DNA from: Bdellovibrionales bacterium | Lineage (GTDB): Bacteria > Bdellovibrionota > Bdellovibrionia > Bdellovibrionales > UBA1609 | Reading direction: 5' to 3' | Length of the DNA stretch: 64,000 nt | Assembly (NCBI GenBank): GCA_965199825.1 | Contig: OZ241329.1 | Location: 1,792,001-1,856,000, forward strand | Part shown: piece after piece, positions 39,881-49,424 of the stretch | How the letters are laid out: the number at the start of each line of letters is the position of its first letter | Numbering within the stretch: the first letter of the stretch is position 1 | Notes under the pieces: generated by a model | What the model was told of the DNA's origin: nothing | Seen by the model: only the letters and a program-made list of their open reading frames with translations | Databases searched by the model: none | Made by a program: the position numbers and the translations under genes

Positions 39881-42800
39881 GCTTATTCCAATTTTATTTT
39901 TGGTCTCTTGTATTAAACCTGTGCAGCCAGGACATGGTGGCACGGCCAGTTACTACGTGGATAGCATTGTTAAAAAGGCTTCGACTCCTTCGCATAGAAT
40001 CGAAAACTGGGATATAACCGACGCCCAAATTTTTAAATTTAGTGTTTGTCTTAAAGACAATGTGAAACAGCGCGGGGTTTTGGTTCATCGTTTTAACATC
40101 ACCGGTCCTGATCATCCTGTGACCGATCCTTTAGTGCCAGTGACCGATCCTGGTGGATGTTTAAACTGGAGCGAGACCATCGCATTCGATCCCTTGGCTA
40201 AGCCTTGCTACATTACGATCGAACGCACACTTCATCCCGATGGAATTCAGCGCGGTGAAGTAACGGTGAAATTAGGAATTAATCCTTGGACTGGTGTGAC
40301 CGATTCCAACGAGGCTGTTGCCGATTTTAGCATCGCTAAAGACAAAGTGGCTCGCTTGTGCGAAGAAGACGTCACTCACGCTTTGCAAACAAAAACTTCG
40401 GTTAAAATGTTGATCGAAAATTTGGGCTATCAGTTTACCGATCGCCAAGATCTTTCGACCGAAGGACATGTTGAAGAACTTCGTCTTAATTTTAAAGTTT
40501 CTTTGAAGACCAAAGATATGAATGATGTCGAAAGCAATCCTTTGAGCCTCACCAAGGGATCGCTCTTAGTGACATCGACTTTTTACCGCATCGAAAATGG
40601 CAAACGCTTTAAACTCAACGAGACACCTCAGCCTGAGATTGCAGTAATCAACGATAAAGTTGCCACCGTCACATTCAAAAAAGTCAAAATGATCGAAGAG
40701 ATCAAACAGACTGGGCGCTATGAAGTGGTGCTCGAAGCAAAAGTCAATGAAGCCAGCCACCCTCCAAAAGGCATTGAGCAATTTGTGGGTGTGATGCTGG
40801 TAGGTGATGGCAGTAACGTTCGAGCGGGCAGTGCGACTATTGTGAATTCTCCAGAAGTTGCGCCTGAGCAATACAAAGCCTTGGCACAAACTTCGATCGC
40901 AAATGTGAATCAAGCCCCATTTAGAATCGGGGATGCCGCATCTATTCATTTTCAGCATATTAAAAACGAAGATAGTTTTAACCGACTCGTAGGATTGAAA
41001 TTAAGTCTTCCCATTATCTCGGCGTTTGATAGCTCATCGCTCCCAGACCGTTATTTTTTGATTTACTTGGTTCCTCGCGGAGCGAATCTTCAATCCATCA
41101 CCCCGGTAAAAAGAAAAACCAATAATTCAGGAATGCTGTATTGGCCCGATGCGGTTTTAAATTACGATATTTATAAATCGATGCATAAAATCGCCTACGA
41201 TATTGTAGTTGAGTATTTGCCTTCTGAAAATGCTGCAGCAGATTTAAAACATGCACGCCAAACATTGCCGATTTGTATCAACCCTTGGGACGAATTGTCT
41301 GGCGACTTTGCGGGCACCGCAGAATTTCAAGCCGATGCCACTTGTCGCGATGTAAAGGGAGCAACACCTTTTGTTTCTGATATTGCAAAAGTGCCCACAC
41401 TTTTTATTAATAGTGTTGGTTGGGAGCGCACAGATATTTCATATCGGGTCAATCAGACCTTAGGTTTATCCATTAAGCATGATTGGACAATGTCGTTAAA
41501 GGCTTCAATTAAACGCTATGATGGCGACGCTGGTCAAAATGGATCATCCGAAGCCTTGCGTCCAGGAATTTGGGCTTTAACAACAACCCTTTTTCACTAC
41601 GATAAATCCAATAAAAAAATCCAGGGAATCGCGGCTTCTTCGCAAAAATTAGTTCGCTATGAACAAGGTTTGTTTACTAGCCAAATTCGAATGAAGTTTA
41701 ATGAATCCAATATTCTCGATGCAATGACATTGCAAAAATATTTGGCGGTGCAAATCACCCAAGTAGATCCAACTTCACTTGAAACGATCAATGGTCAGGT
41801 CAATCTGAATTCTAAATCGTGGCGCCCCATGGACAGCGCTCATTCGGATTTAAAAAGCGAGCCTGTGATCGTCAACTTTGTGGGCGCTAAGGATACTAAA
41901 GATGTGGTCGGTGAGGCCAATGCCACCCCCCAAGTCAAAGCGCTTTACCAAGAGCTTAAAAATAAATCCTTGCTCGAGCGCCACCGCGAATTTGCAGTGG
42001 CAAAAGTAGAGCGACAAGTGCCAAGCGATACCGCTTGGATGAAAACGGCCGAAGATCTCAAGCTTAAAGGTGTTGCGATCACCAACGATGAAGATGCTCA
42101 AAAAGTTTCGCCCTTATTTAAAAGACGACCGATGACGCTTGCTCTTTTAAAACGGACGCTGAGCTGTCTTGATAAACAAGGTTGGGCGCCAAAAGATCAT
42201 ATGAATGTGTGTGCCACAGATCCTGAAGTGATGCACGCAATGCAAAATTTGTGTGGCGTATTTATGGATCCTAAACCTCCAGGAATCCTCAATATAAGTC
42301 CAATAAATAATTTGGATTTAAAATTTATGAATTGTGGTCAAAATCCGACTCAAGGTCTCCATGTTGAAGAAAAAACGGTTGTCTATAGTGTCAATTCCGA
42401 TCACAGCAAATTTGTTGGCGGATTTGCGACTTCGATGACCGTTTCAAATCTTTTTGGAAATGGCTCTTTTAATGGGTCGGACTATGGATCCTCAGATACC
42501 TCAAGTTTTAGCGCATCGCTTGCGACCAACGGTCTGACACCAGCAGGTGGAAATTTTGTAAACGGTGGAACTTATGGTGTGGGTCTGTTTGGTGTGACCG
42601 CAGGACGATCCCATGCATCCACTGTGGCTGATTTTCAACGGGAATATGCCGACAACCAAGCTTACGCCAACAACAACGTGACACTCAAAATAGAAAGTGC
42701 CGACTTAAATTTGGAGATCTTGCGCTATCGTGAGTGCTACGTTTTAAAATCAGAAACATCGCCTGACAAACAGGGTTTATTTATATGTTACCCCATTGAA

Positions 42801-43262
42801 GATAAAAAACCAAAGGTTGTGGTTGAACGCTACTTTGATGTTTACAACACAACCACTGATGGTGCGCTGACTGATCAAACCGATAAGATCAATCGCTTTA
42901 TGCTCAATTTCAGAGGCGAAAGAGATTACTACACATTCTTGGGTCTCTTAAGCCACTCTCTAAGACCTTTTTATGACAAAATGCATTTGCCCCACGATGT
43001 CAGCCAAAGTCTTCAGTGTTCGAGAGACTCGATGATGAAGCGGCTTGAAGGTCAGCCAAACATGATCGACAGTGTGCAATCGCCTGTTCAAAGTTACAGT
43101 CGCATTGACGGATCAACCCGCACAGCTGCGCTCTGGAATCCCATTCAATTTTCGGATCTCAAGCCCAATCGAAACTTGAACGACCCTGAACCCAATGTCT
43201 CGATCCAAGATGTTCCGCAAGGTGGAGACGCGAGGGGAATCTGGTGTCCATACACAAACTGA
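39867..43262 (+). CDS. Large hypothetical lipoprotein A (1131 aa)
   Basis: Lipobox LVSC; two related beta-rich modules (GCLNWSE...INPW and GMLYWPD...INPW); overlaps both neighbouring genes. Confidence 0.8.
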   Translation: MRLIKLIPILFLVSCIKPVQPGHGGTASYYVDSIVKKASTPSHRIENWDITDAQIFKFSVCLKDNVKQRGVLVHRFNITGPDHPVTDPLVPVTDPGGCLNWSETIAFDPLAKPCYITIERTLHPDGIQRGEVTVKLGINPWTGVTDSNEAVADFSIAKDKVARLCEEDVTHALQTKTSVKMLIENLGYQFTDRQDLSTEGHVEELRLNFKVSLKTKDMNDVESNPLSLTKGSLLVTSTFYRIENGKRFKLNETPQPEIAVINDKVATVTFKKVKMIEEIKQTGRYEVVLEAKVNEASHPPKGIEQFVGVMLVGDGSNVRAGSATIVNSPEVAPEQYKALAQTSIANVNQAPFRIGDAASIHFQHIKNEDSFNRLVGLKLSLPIISAFDSSSLPDRYFLIYLVPRGANLQSITPVKRKTNNSGMLYWPDAVLNYDIYKSMHKIAYDIVVEYLPSENAAADLKHARQTLPICINPWDELSGDFAGTAEFQADATCRDVKGATPFVSDIAKVPTLFINSVGWERTDISYRVNQTLGLSIKHDWTMSLKASIKRYDGDAGQNGSSEALRPGIWALTTTLFHYDKSNKKIQGIAASSQKLVRYEQGLFTSQIRMKFNESNILDAMTLQKYLAVQITQVDPTSLETINGQVNLNSKSWRPMDSAHSDLKSEPVIVNFVGAKDTKDVVGEANATPQVKALYQELKNKSLLERHREFAVAKVERQVPSDTAWMKTAEDLKLKGVAITNDEDAQKVSPLFKRRPMTLALLKRTLSCLDKQGWAPKDHMNVCATDPEVMHAMQNLCGVFMDPKPPGILNISPINNLDLKFMNCGQNPTQGLHVEEKTVVYSVNSDHSKFVGGFATSMTVSNLFGNGSFNGSDYGSSDTSSFSASLATNGLTPAGGNFVNGGTYGVGLFGVTAGRSHASTVADFQREYADNQAYANNNVTLKIESADLNLEILRYRECYVLKSETSPDKQGLFICYPIEDKKPKVVVERYFDVYNTTTDGALTDQTDKINRFMLNFRGERDYYTFLGLLSHSLRPFYDKMHLPHDVSQSLQCSRDSMMKRLEGQPNMIDSVQSPVQSYSRIDGSTRTAALWNPIQFSDLKPNRNLNDPEPNVSIQDVPQGGDARGIWCPYTN

Positions 43263-46200
43263 TTCTTGCATTTTTGTTTGTTGGTTGTTCGAGCAACTTT
43301 GAGTCGCGCAAGCTCTTAAGGCTTGTGGATGTCACAGGCTCGATCAATCAAAATTCGCAAATCAATAGCGATTGGGATTTGACCGAGAGCCGGTCGATCA
43401 ACTTTTCGGCCTGTGTGATCGATCAAGGTCGTGAAAGTGTTGTTAAGGGTCAAACCTTTAAGATTTTGAAACCCGATCAGTCCGAAGTTGTTCAAACAAA
43501 AGTTATTGAGAGTGATGGGCAGGGATGTGTGTATTGGAGCGAGAGCTTCGGGCTTGATCCTTTAGCCCAACCTTCGTACATCACAACCGATCGCATCCTT
43601 CAGGCCACCAATTTTTATCATCCGATTTCGCTTCATATGGGAATCAACCTTTGGAGTGGACTGAACGGAAAAGAAGCCGTGGTTGAGAATTTGGAAAAGG
43701 GTTTAAACCTTTTGAGTAAAGACCGAACGGTCTCTACCGAAAAATCGCTCCTTATTAATAAGGCTCAGTTGAATCTGAATCTCGAAAACTCGGTTCCTAA
43801 GATTCAAATCAGTTTTTATCCTTTTGTTAATCTTAACAAAATGGACGGCAAACAAAATACGGTTGCGGTCATGCGTGGAATCTTAAAACTAAAACCCCAG
43901 ATCATCGCGATCAAATCCGATGGGTCACAAACCGCGTTTTCAAACGAAGTGGGTTGGACAGCTCCAATCCGTTTTAATAATAACTTTGTGAGCTCGGGCA
44001 GTATTCCTTTGCAGTTTGGACAGCTGAGTAACGACGTCACTTATTACTTGTCGCTCCAAATTGAACCCTTGAGTGGCCCGCCCAACTTAAAGGGCCAAAT
44101 GTTTTTACTCAAAATTGGAGATCGAAACCAATTATTTAAAACCAAAGATCTTGTTACCGATACAGAACTCAAATCCGCAGCCGGTTTCACCCCAAGTGCA
44201 AGCGCAAAACAGGCAGGCTTTGATCTCGACCTTATTCATGCCAATTTTGCTGGCGTCACCAAAGATGAAAATCAGGCGTATTCGACGATTAAATTAAATT
44301 TATATACAAAAGTTTTCATAGCCGGTACCAACCGCATTCTTCCAGCTCATCAATTTGAGATCTATTCGCTCGAAAACAAAACTCGGCTGAATGTCACACG
44401 GGACTCAAATGCCACCGGATATATCTACTGGCCAGACACTATCTCTTATAAAGCCTATAGCGATGTGATCCATGAAAGCGGGTATGACCTGCGCATTGTG
44501 GATTTAGAGACTCACGAAGAAGTGATTCGAAGGGTTTACGTCAATCCTTGGATGCATAAGTCTTCGCCTGCTTTTTTTCATGATCAATCAGAGGGAGGAT
44601 TAAACCCTTCGTCCAACCAACAACCCGTTTTGAAAATCATGGGCGAAAATCATTCTGTGGTCGATAAGATGGTTCCTTCTTTAGATTCGCAACTGAATTT
44701 GATTTTAACCAGCAACTTCGATTTTAGTTTCTTACCCCAAGTGTATCGCCGAGATGATCCAACCACCGGTCTAAAAGCAAGTGGCCAAGATTTAAGGCCG
44801 GGCAAATACAAACTCACTTTTTTGGTTTATGTGACCAATGCGGATCGGACCGAGATCACCGATCTTGTGTCAGCCGCACAAAAAATTGTTGTGGTAGATG
44901 ACCATCAAAATTTTAATCTTAATCTGAATTTGCCCTATGAAATTGCACAACATGGTCTCTCGCGAAGTTTTGCGGTGGCCCAGGTTTCTTTGCTGGATCA
45001 AACCGTTTTAAAATCAGAACCTTTAATATTTCCACTTCGTATTGACAGCAGCTTAGGATCAGCTCCATTAGTTGAACGCGACAACTGGAATGATTCAAAA
45101 CTTAAAAATTTGGCTCAGAGTCTTTTGAATGTGGATGTGGAACAACGGTTTGCTGAATATTCGGCACATCAGCATCAAACGCCCAATGTAGAGTTGCAGC
45201 AACAATTTAAAAATGCCGGATTCATTCGTCATGCAAACAAATTTGGCCTGCAAGCGGTGGAAGTGGATTGGCAGACCGCAGTGCACGAAGGTTACAATCT
45301 GAGTGCGAAAGAGTTTGAAAAAGGTCTTGAATGTTTAGAGCAAGCGTCATGGCAATATGACAAGCTCCCCGCATTGTGTCTCAAACAAAAAGAAACCCAA
45401 AAAATTATCAATAATATGTGTGCTCGTGTGATGAACGAAGTGGGCAGGGTTGCTTTAGGCAATCTGTCGATGCCGACCTATGATTCGGATCAAACCTTAA
45501 TGATTCTTCAAATCAAAAATAAATGTTTAGAAAACGCTGCCGATTTCTTTAGGATCGAAAAACAAATATATGTTTACCAAAAATCAGGCGAGACCTTTCG
45601 AAATGGATTTTCTAAAACAGTCAATTTTTATACCGGTATGGCCACTGGGTACAATAAAGGCGATAGCCTCGTTGACGAACGAGCTTCAAGTTATAACGTT
45701 GGCGGCACAGCTCTGTTAACCCTCGGATCGATTTTTCAACTGATGACTCTGGGTGTGCCAGCTCCAAGCCCAGTCATCACCCGCACAAAAGCGATTAAAG
45801 ATGCGATCGTAAGTTTTGAGACCGACTCGGTCAAATCACCTCGAATTGCCACAGGTTCACGACGATATGAGCGTTTTAAACAAATCTTTGATACCGAACT
45901 GGAATTGAACGAAGCCGGCCTCACCAATGCGGTTTCGTACAATTTAGATAATATTAATTTTGAAATTCATGCGGTGGAGTGGCGAAAATGCTTCGCTGTC
46001 TTTCCTGATCTTTCAAAATATCGTGACCAAATTATTGGAGTCGAAGACTCAGTCAAAGATATTAAAAAGTACTATTGTTTCCCAGTCGAAAAAGGCGAGC
46101 TCACGTTGCACCAAAACTATTACGTCGCTCACCCCACCGATGGTGGGAGCACTGCGATGATTGATGGTGGCGACCAGAGAAATTTTGGCCAAACGTTGGT

Positions 46201-46516
46201 GCTTAAGGGTACAAGGGATTTTCAAGCCCTGTTTCAAAGTTTAAAAAAGCAAATGCCGAATTACAAACTCAATGGGATTGCCCGCGACACCCGCGATGTT
46301 TGGAAAATGGTTCAAGTCAATTATCGCCAGCATTTGTTGCTTGAGGATCGAAGTATGCTCAACTCTGAGCCGCCTCGTGATTTTAGCCTGTATGGTCCCG
46401 CCGCGAAGCCGGGAGTGCTTGAGAATGTGCTCGACTTTTTTAATCTCGGCAGACAAAACGCCAGAAAAAACTTACCCGATCAAAATGATCCTGATTTAGT
46501 TCAATTCACTAACTAA
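43244..46516 (+). CDS. Large hypothetical lipoprotein B (1090 aa), paralog of A
   Basis: Lipobox FVGC; GCVYWSE..DPLAQPSYIT, GYIYWPD...VNPW, LRPG and KGTRDF align with lipoprotein A. Confidence 0.8.
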   Translation: MSIHKLILAFLFVGCSSNFESRKLLRLVDVTGSINQNSQINSDWDLTESRSINFSACVIDQGRESVVKGQTFKILKPDQSEVVQTKVIESDGQGCVYWSESFGLDPLAQPSYITTDRILQATNFYHPISLHMGINLWSGLNGKEAVVENLEKGLNLLSKDRTVSTEKSLLINKAQLNLNLENSVPKIQISFYPFVNLNKMDGKQNTVAVMRGILKLKPQIIAIKSDGSQTAFSNEVGWTAPIRFNNNFVSSGSIPLQFGQLSNDVTYYLSLQIEPLSGPPNLKGQMFLLKIGDRNQLFKTKDLVTDTELKSAAGFTPSASAKQAGFDLDLIHANFAGVTKDENQAYSTIKLNLYTKVFIAGTNRILPAHQFEIYSLENKTRLNVTRDSNATGYIYWPDTISYKAYSDVIHESGYDLRIVDLETHEEVIRRVYVNPWMHKSSPAFFHDQSEGGLNPSSNQQPVLKIMGENHSVVDKMVPSLDSQLNLILTSNFDFSFLPQVYRRDDPTTGLKASGQDLRPGKYKLTFLVYVTNADRTEITDLVSAAQKIVVVDDHQNFNLNLNLPYEIAQHGLSRSFAVAQVSLLDQTVLKSEPLIFPLRIDSSLGSAPLVERDNWNDSKLKNLAQSLLNVDVEQRFAEYSAHQHQTPNVELQQQFKNAGFIRHANKFGLQAVEVDWQTAVHEGYNLSAKEFEKGLECLEQASWQYDKLPALCLKQKETQKIINNMCARVMNEVGRVALGNLSMPTYDSDQTLMILQIKNKCLENAADFFRIEKQIYVYQKSGETFRNGFSKTVNFYTGMATGYNKGDSLVDERASSYNVGGTALLTLGSIFQLMTLGVPAPSPVITRTKAIKDAIVSFETDSVKSPRIATGSRRYERFKQIFDTELELNEAGLTNAVSYNLDNINFEIHAVEWRKCFAVFPDLSKYRDQIIGVEDSVKDIKKYYCFPVEKGELTLHQNYYVAHPTDGGSTAMIDGGDQRNFGQTLVLKGTRDFQALFQSLKKQMPNYKLNGIARDTRDVWKMVQVNYRQHLLLEDRSMLNSEPPRDFSLYGPAAKPGVLENVLDFFNLGRQNARKNLPDQNDPDLVQFTN

Positions 46517-46588
46517 ACCGATGTCATTTTACATTCCCTAGGTCGGACCGTTGTTGTTTATAGCGAGCGATGGTACAGACGCCCAAGG

Positions 46589-47692
46589 GTGATAAATATG
46601 ATAAGTTTATTTGTTATGGTTTTACAGGTTTGCGTAGCTCAATCTCAGCAGCCCGATTTGTACCAAAGGCTAAATGTTTCGCCAAATGCTAGCCAACAAG
46701 AACTCAATCGTCGGGTCCATGAACTCCCCCTTGAAATTTTTAGTCTTAAGATCATAAATCAGCATCAGGGCGACGATATTTTTGGGCTTGATGCCGTGTT
46801 TTTGCGAAAACCTATTTGTGAGAGTTTTAATGATTCACCCTTAGCGGCAAAAATGAACTGCGATGACTTTATTTTATCTTTGCTCCAAACCCATGCAAGG
46901 AACGATGAAGATTATTTTAAGAGTCTGCAAGACGCTGCGTTCATCCTCCGATTTGAGGAGCTTCGTAAAGTCTATGACCCTTTTCGATTAGTTTTAAATA
47001 ATTTTTATTTGCATCCCGAATCAGCTCTCATAAGCCCGGAGGGAGGTATTAATGCCGAGCTTTTGATGTCTTATGAGGCTTTTAACGCACAGACAGGTGC
47101 GACTCAGAATATTGATAAAGAATTGATTGCGCTATTTGAACCTGAAATTGAGTTCGGTTATTTTGAACCCGAAATTAGGAACCCTAAGCAAATGACCTTG
47201 CCACAATTGCGTGTTTCTAATCTTGCCCGTTCTTTAGTTTTATTGACTCATTTTAGTGAGGCAATTAAAAATTTGGTCGATAAAAATCTGTCTGTTGAAA
47301 AATGGATCGAGCAGATCAACGTAGCAAATTTGGCTCCCGTGGTTGATCAAGACGACTTAAAATTTCTGGCCAAAGTTTTGGAAACTCTTTTTCTCCACAA
47401 GCCACTTCGTTATCACCAATTGATTGCTGATGATGAAAGCACAGACCGGAGATTTTTACTGATTCGTTTTCTTGCAGACTTAATAGGTAAAGATTCTGAG
47501 CTTATGCGAAGCTTTTTAGAATCGACGAGCTATCATGCTGATTATGTTGAGGCGAAAGAATTCTTAGATGTGGGCAAAAGTGATCCGCTTTATATGAAGC
47601 TCTACAAAGATAATGTGATGGGTGCATTTTTGAAGGACCCCCAGTTTGATCGCTTTCGCGATTCGGGCTGTATCAAAGCCTTAACACATTAA
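46589..47692 (+). CDS. Exported hypothetical protein with a split J-domain-like N-terminus
   Basis: Signal-like N-terminus. DLYQRLNVSPNASQQELNR and FKSLQDAAFILRFEELRKVYD resemble DnaJ helices; there is no HPD. Confidence 0.6.
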   Translation: MINMISLFVMVLQVCVAQSQQPDLYQRLNVSPNASQQELNRRVHELPLEIFSLKIINQHQGDDIFGLDAVFLRKPICESFNDSPLAAKMNCDDFILSLLQTHARNDEDYFKSLQDAAFILRFEELRKVYDPFRLVLNNFYLHPESALISPEGGINAELLMSYEAFNAQTGATQNIDKELIALFEPEIEFGYFEPEIRNPKQMTLPQLRVSNLARSLVLLTHFSEAIKNLVDKNLSVEKWIEQINVANLAPVVDQDDLKFLAKVLETLFLHKPLRYHQLIADDESTDRRFLLIRFLADLIGKDSELMRSFLESTSYHADYVEAKEFLDVGKSDPLYMKLYKDNVMGAFLKDPQFDRFRDSGCIKALTH

Positions 47693-49038
47693 GGATCAAA
47701 AATCTTTCCAGGATTAATAATGCCAGCGGGATCAAATATCTTTTTGATCTCCCTCATGATCGCAATTTCTTCTGGGCTGCGTGTGTGGTGGAGATATTTT
47801 TTCTTTGTGAGCCCCACGCCATGTTCGGCACTGACCGAGCCCTCGAACTGATCAACGATCGAAAATAAAATCTCATCGACCTCGTGACAGCGATTTAAAA
47901 AATCGGCACTTGTCATGTCGGAGGGTTTTAAAATATTGATATGAAGATTTCCATCGCCCACATGACCAAACCAGATCACTTCAAGATCGGGATAATTTTT
48001 GTTTAAGGCGTCATTCACCTGGTCTAAAAACTGAGGCACCTTGGAAATTCTCACGGAGATATCATTTTTGTAAGGCGCAAAGGCCGAGGTGGCTTCAGAA
48101 ATATCCTCGCGATAGCGCCAGAATTCTCGGGCTTGGGCGGGTGATTGAGCGAGCAAGCCATCACTTATGAGCTCATCACCTAAAGCGGTTTCAAACAGTT
48201 CGAGAGTTTTATCCTCAAAACCGCCTTCGATCTCTAAAACCAAATAATAGGGATGAGCCTCTTGAAAAGGAGTGTTCAGTTTTGCTTGTTGAACCACAAT
48301 TTTTAGGGCTCTATCGGTGAGCATTTCAAAGGCGGTGACTCCAACCGATTTGCGAAACAGATGATAGATTTTCATCACGCTTGAAAGATCACTCAATGCG
48401 AGTAACAAAACTTGAGGAGTTGCAGGTTTTTTGGTTAACAGAATTTTTGCTTGAGTGATAAATCCAAGTGTTCCTTCGCTGCCGATAAAAAGTTGGCGAA
48501 GATCATAACCAGTCGCGTTTTTAATAAGGCTTTTTCCGAGATGGAGAACGTCCCCTCGGCCGGTCACAACTTCAAGATCGCTAACCCAAGGCCGCATCAG
48601 ACCGTATCGCACCACTTTTATGCCGCCCGCATTGGTTGCGATGTTGCCACCAATGTGTGAAGAACCGCGTGAAGCAAAATCAACCGGAAAGTAATATCCT
48701 TTTTCTTCTGCAAAGTGCTGGAGACTTTCGGTCACCACACCCGGCTCGCACGTGACAGTCATGTCGGACTCATCGAAATTTAAAATTCGATTCATCTTTT
48801 CAAAACTAACAACGACCTCGCCTTGGGTAGCAAACGCAGCACCGCTTAGACCGGTACGTCCACCCGATGGAACTAAATAAATATTATTTTTTATCGCCCA
48901 CTGAACAAGGGCGACCACCTCGGCGGTTGTGGTCGGAAAGGCAATGGCCGAGGGCTTTGGCACAAGATGTTTTGTCCAATCGCGGCCATAGGTATTGAGA
49001 TCCTCGGGGTCGGTGGTGAACGTGCAGGGTGGATTCAT
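47689..49038 (-). CDS. FAD-binding oxidoreductase, GlcD / D-2-hydroxyacid dehydrogenase family
   Basis: PSGGRTGLSG, GGNIATNAGG, KNATGYDL, GSEGTLG, GHVGDGNLH and SAEHGVG. Confidence 0.9.
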   Translation of the reverse strand: MNPPCTFTTDPEDLNTYGRDWTKHLVPKPSAIAFPTTTAEVVALVQWAIKNNIYLVPSGGRTGLSGAAFATQGEVVVSFEKMNRILNFDESDMTVTCEPGVVTESLQHFAEEKGYYFPVDFASRGSSHIGGNIATNAGGIKVVRYGLMRPWVSDLEVVTGRGDVLHLGKSLIKNATGYDLRQLFIGSEGTLGFITQAKILLTKKPATPQVLLLALSDLSSVMKIYHLFRKSVGVTAFEMLTDRALKIVVQQAKLNTPFQEAHPYYLVLEIEGGFEDKTLELFETALGDELISDGLLAQSPAQAREFWRYREDISEATSAFAPYKNDISVRISKVPQFLDQVNDALNKNYPDLEVIWFGHVGDGNLHINILKPSDMTSADFLNRCHEVDEILFSIVDQFEGSVSAEHGVGLTKKKYLHHTRSPEEIAIMREIKKIFDPAGIINPGKIFDP

Positions 49039-49062
49039 TGGTCAAAGGTTAGCAAAGACGGA

Positions 49063-49413
49063 TTAGCGGCTCAACATGTTTTGAATTAGCGAATATCTTT
49101 GATCAACTTCAAGGCTCAAGGGCTTTTGGAGTTCCATACGGCTTTGATAGATCTCACGTAAAAGCTGAAGGACAGGGGGTATGATCTCTGCGATTTTGCT
49201 TGGTGATTCAAGGCAGAGGCGCTCAACAATTTCGCCGACTTGGGAAATTTCAGGCAAGCCATAAGTTCGACCTGTTCCTTTGAGCTTATGAAAGTCTTCT
49301 CTTAAAACGGTGACATCCATTGTTAAAAAATGAGCCTCAATATCACTTATTTTTTTTGGCAGAGCTTGAAGATATTCTTCTGTTAGCTCCCTCATCATTT
49401 GATCAAAACTCAT
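49063..49413 (-). CDS. Stand-alone Hpt phosphotransfer protein (likely start ATG 49413)
   Basis: FHKLKGTGRTYG matches the Hpt consensus HxLKGxxxxxG. Confidence 0.82.
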   Translation of the reverse strand: MSFDQMMRELTEEYLQALPKKISDIEAHFLTMDVTVLREDFHKLKGTGRTYGLPEISQVGEIVERLCLESPSKIAEIIPPVLQLLREIYQSRMELQKPLSLEVDQRYSLIQNMLSR

Positions 49414-49424
49414 TACACCTACTT

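Noticed and set aside
40119..40151. 12-nt direct repeat GTGACCGATCCT (PVTDP twice)
   Set aside because: It is a two-copy in-frame micro-duplication in a loop, with no evidence of a wider repeat system.
36212..49038. Functional coupling of serA with the D-2-hydroxyacid dehydrogenase
   Set aside because: It is biochemically plausible, but the genes are 10 kb apart on opposite strands and the substrate cannot be read from the sequence.
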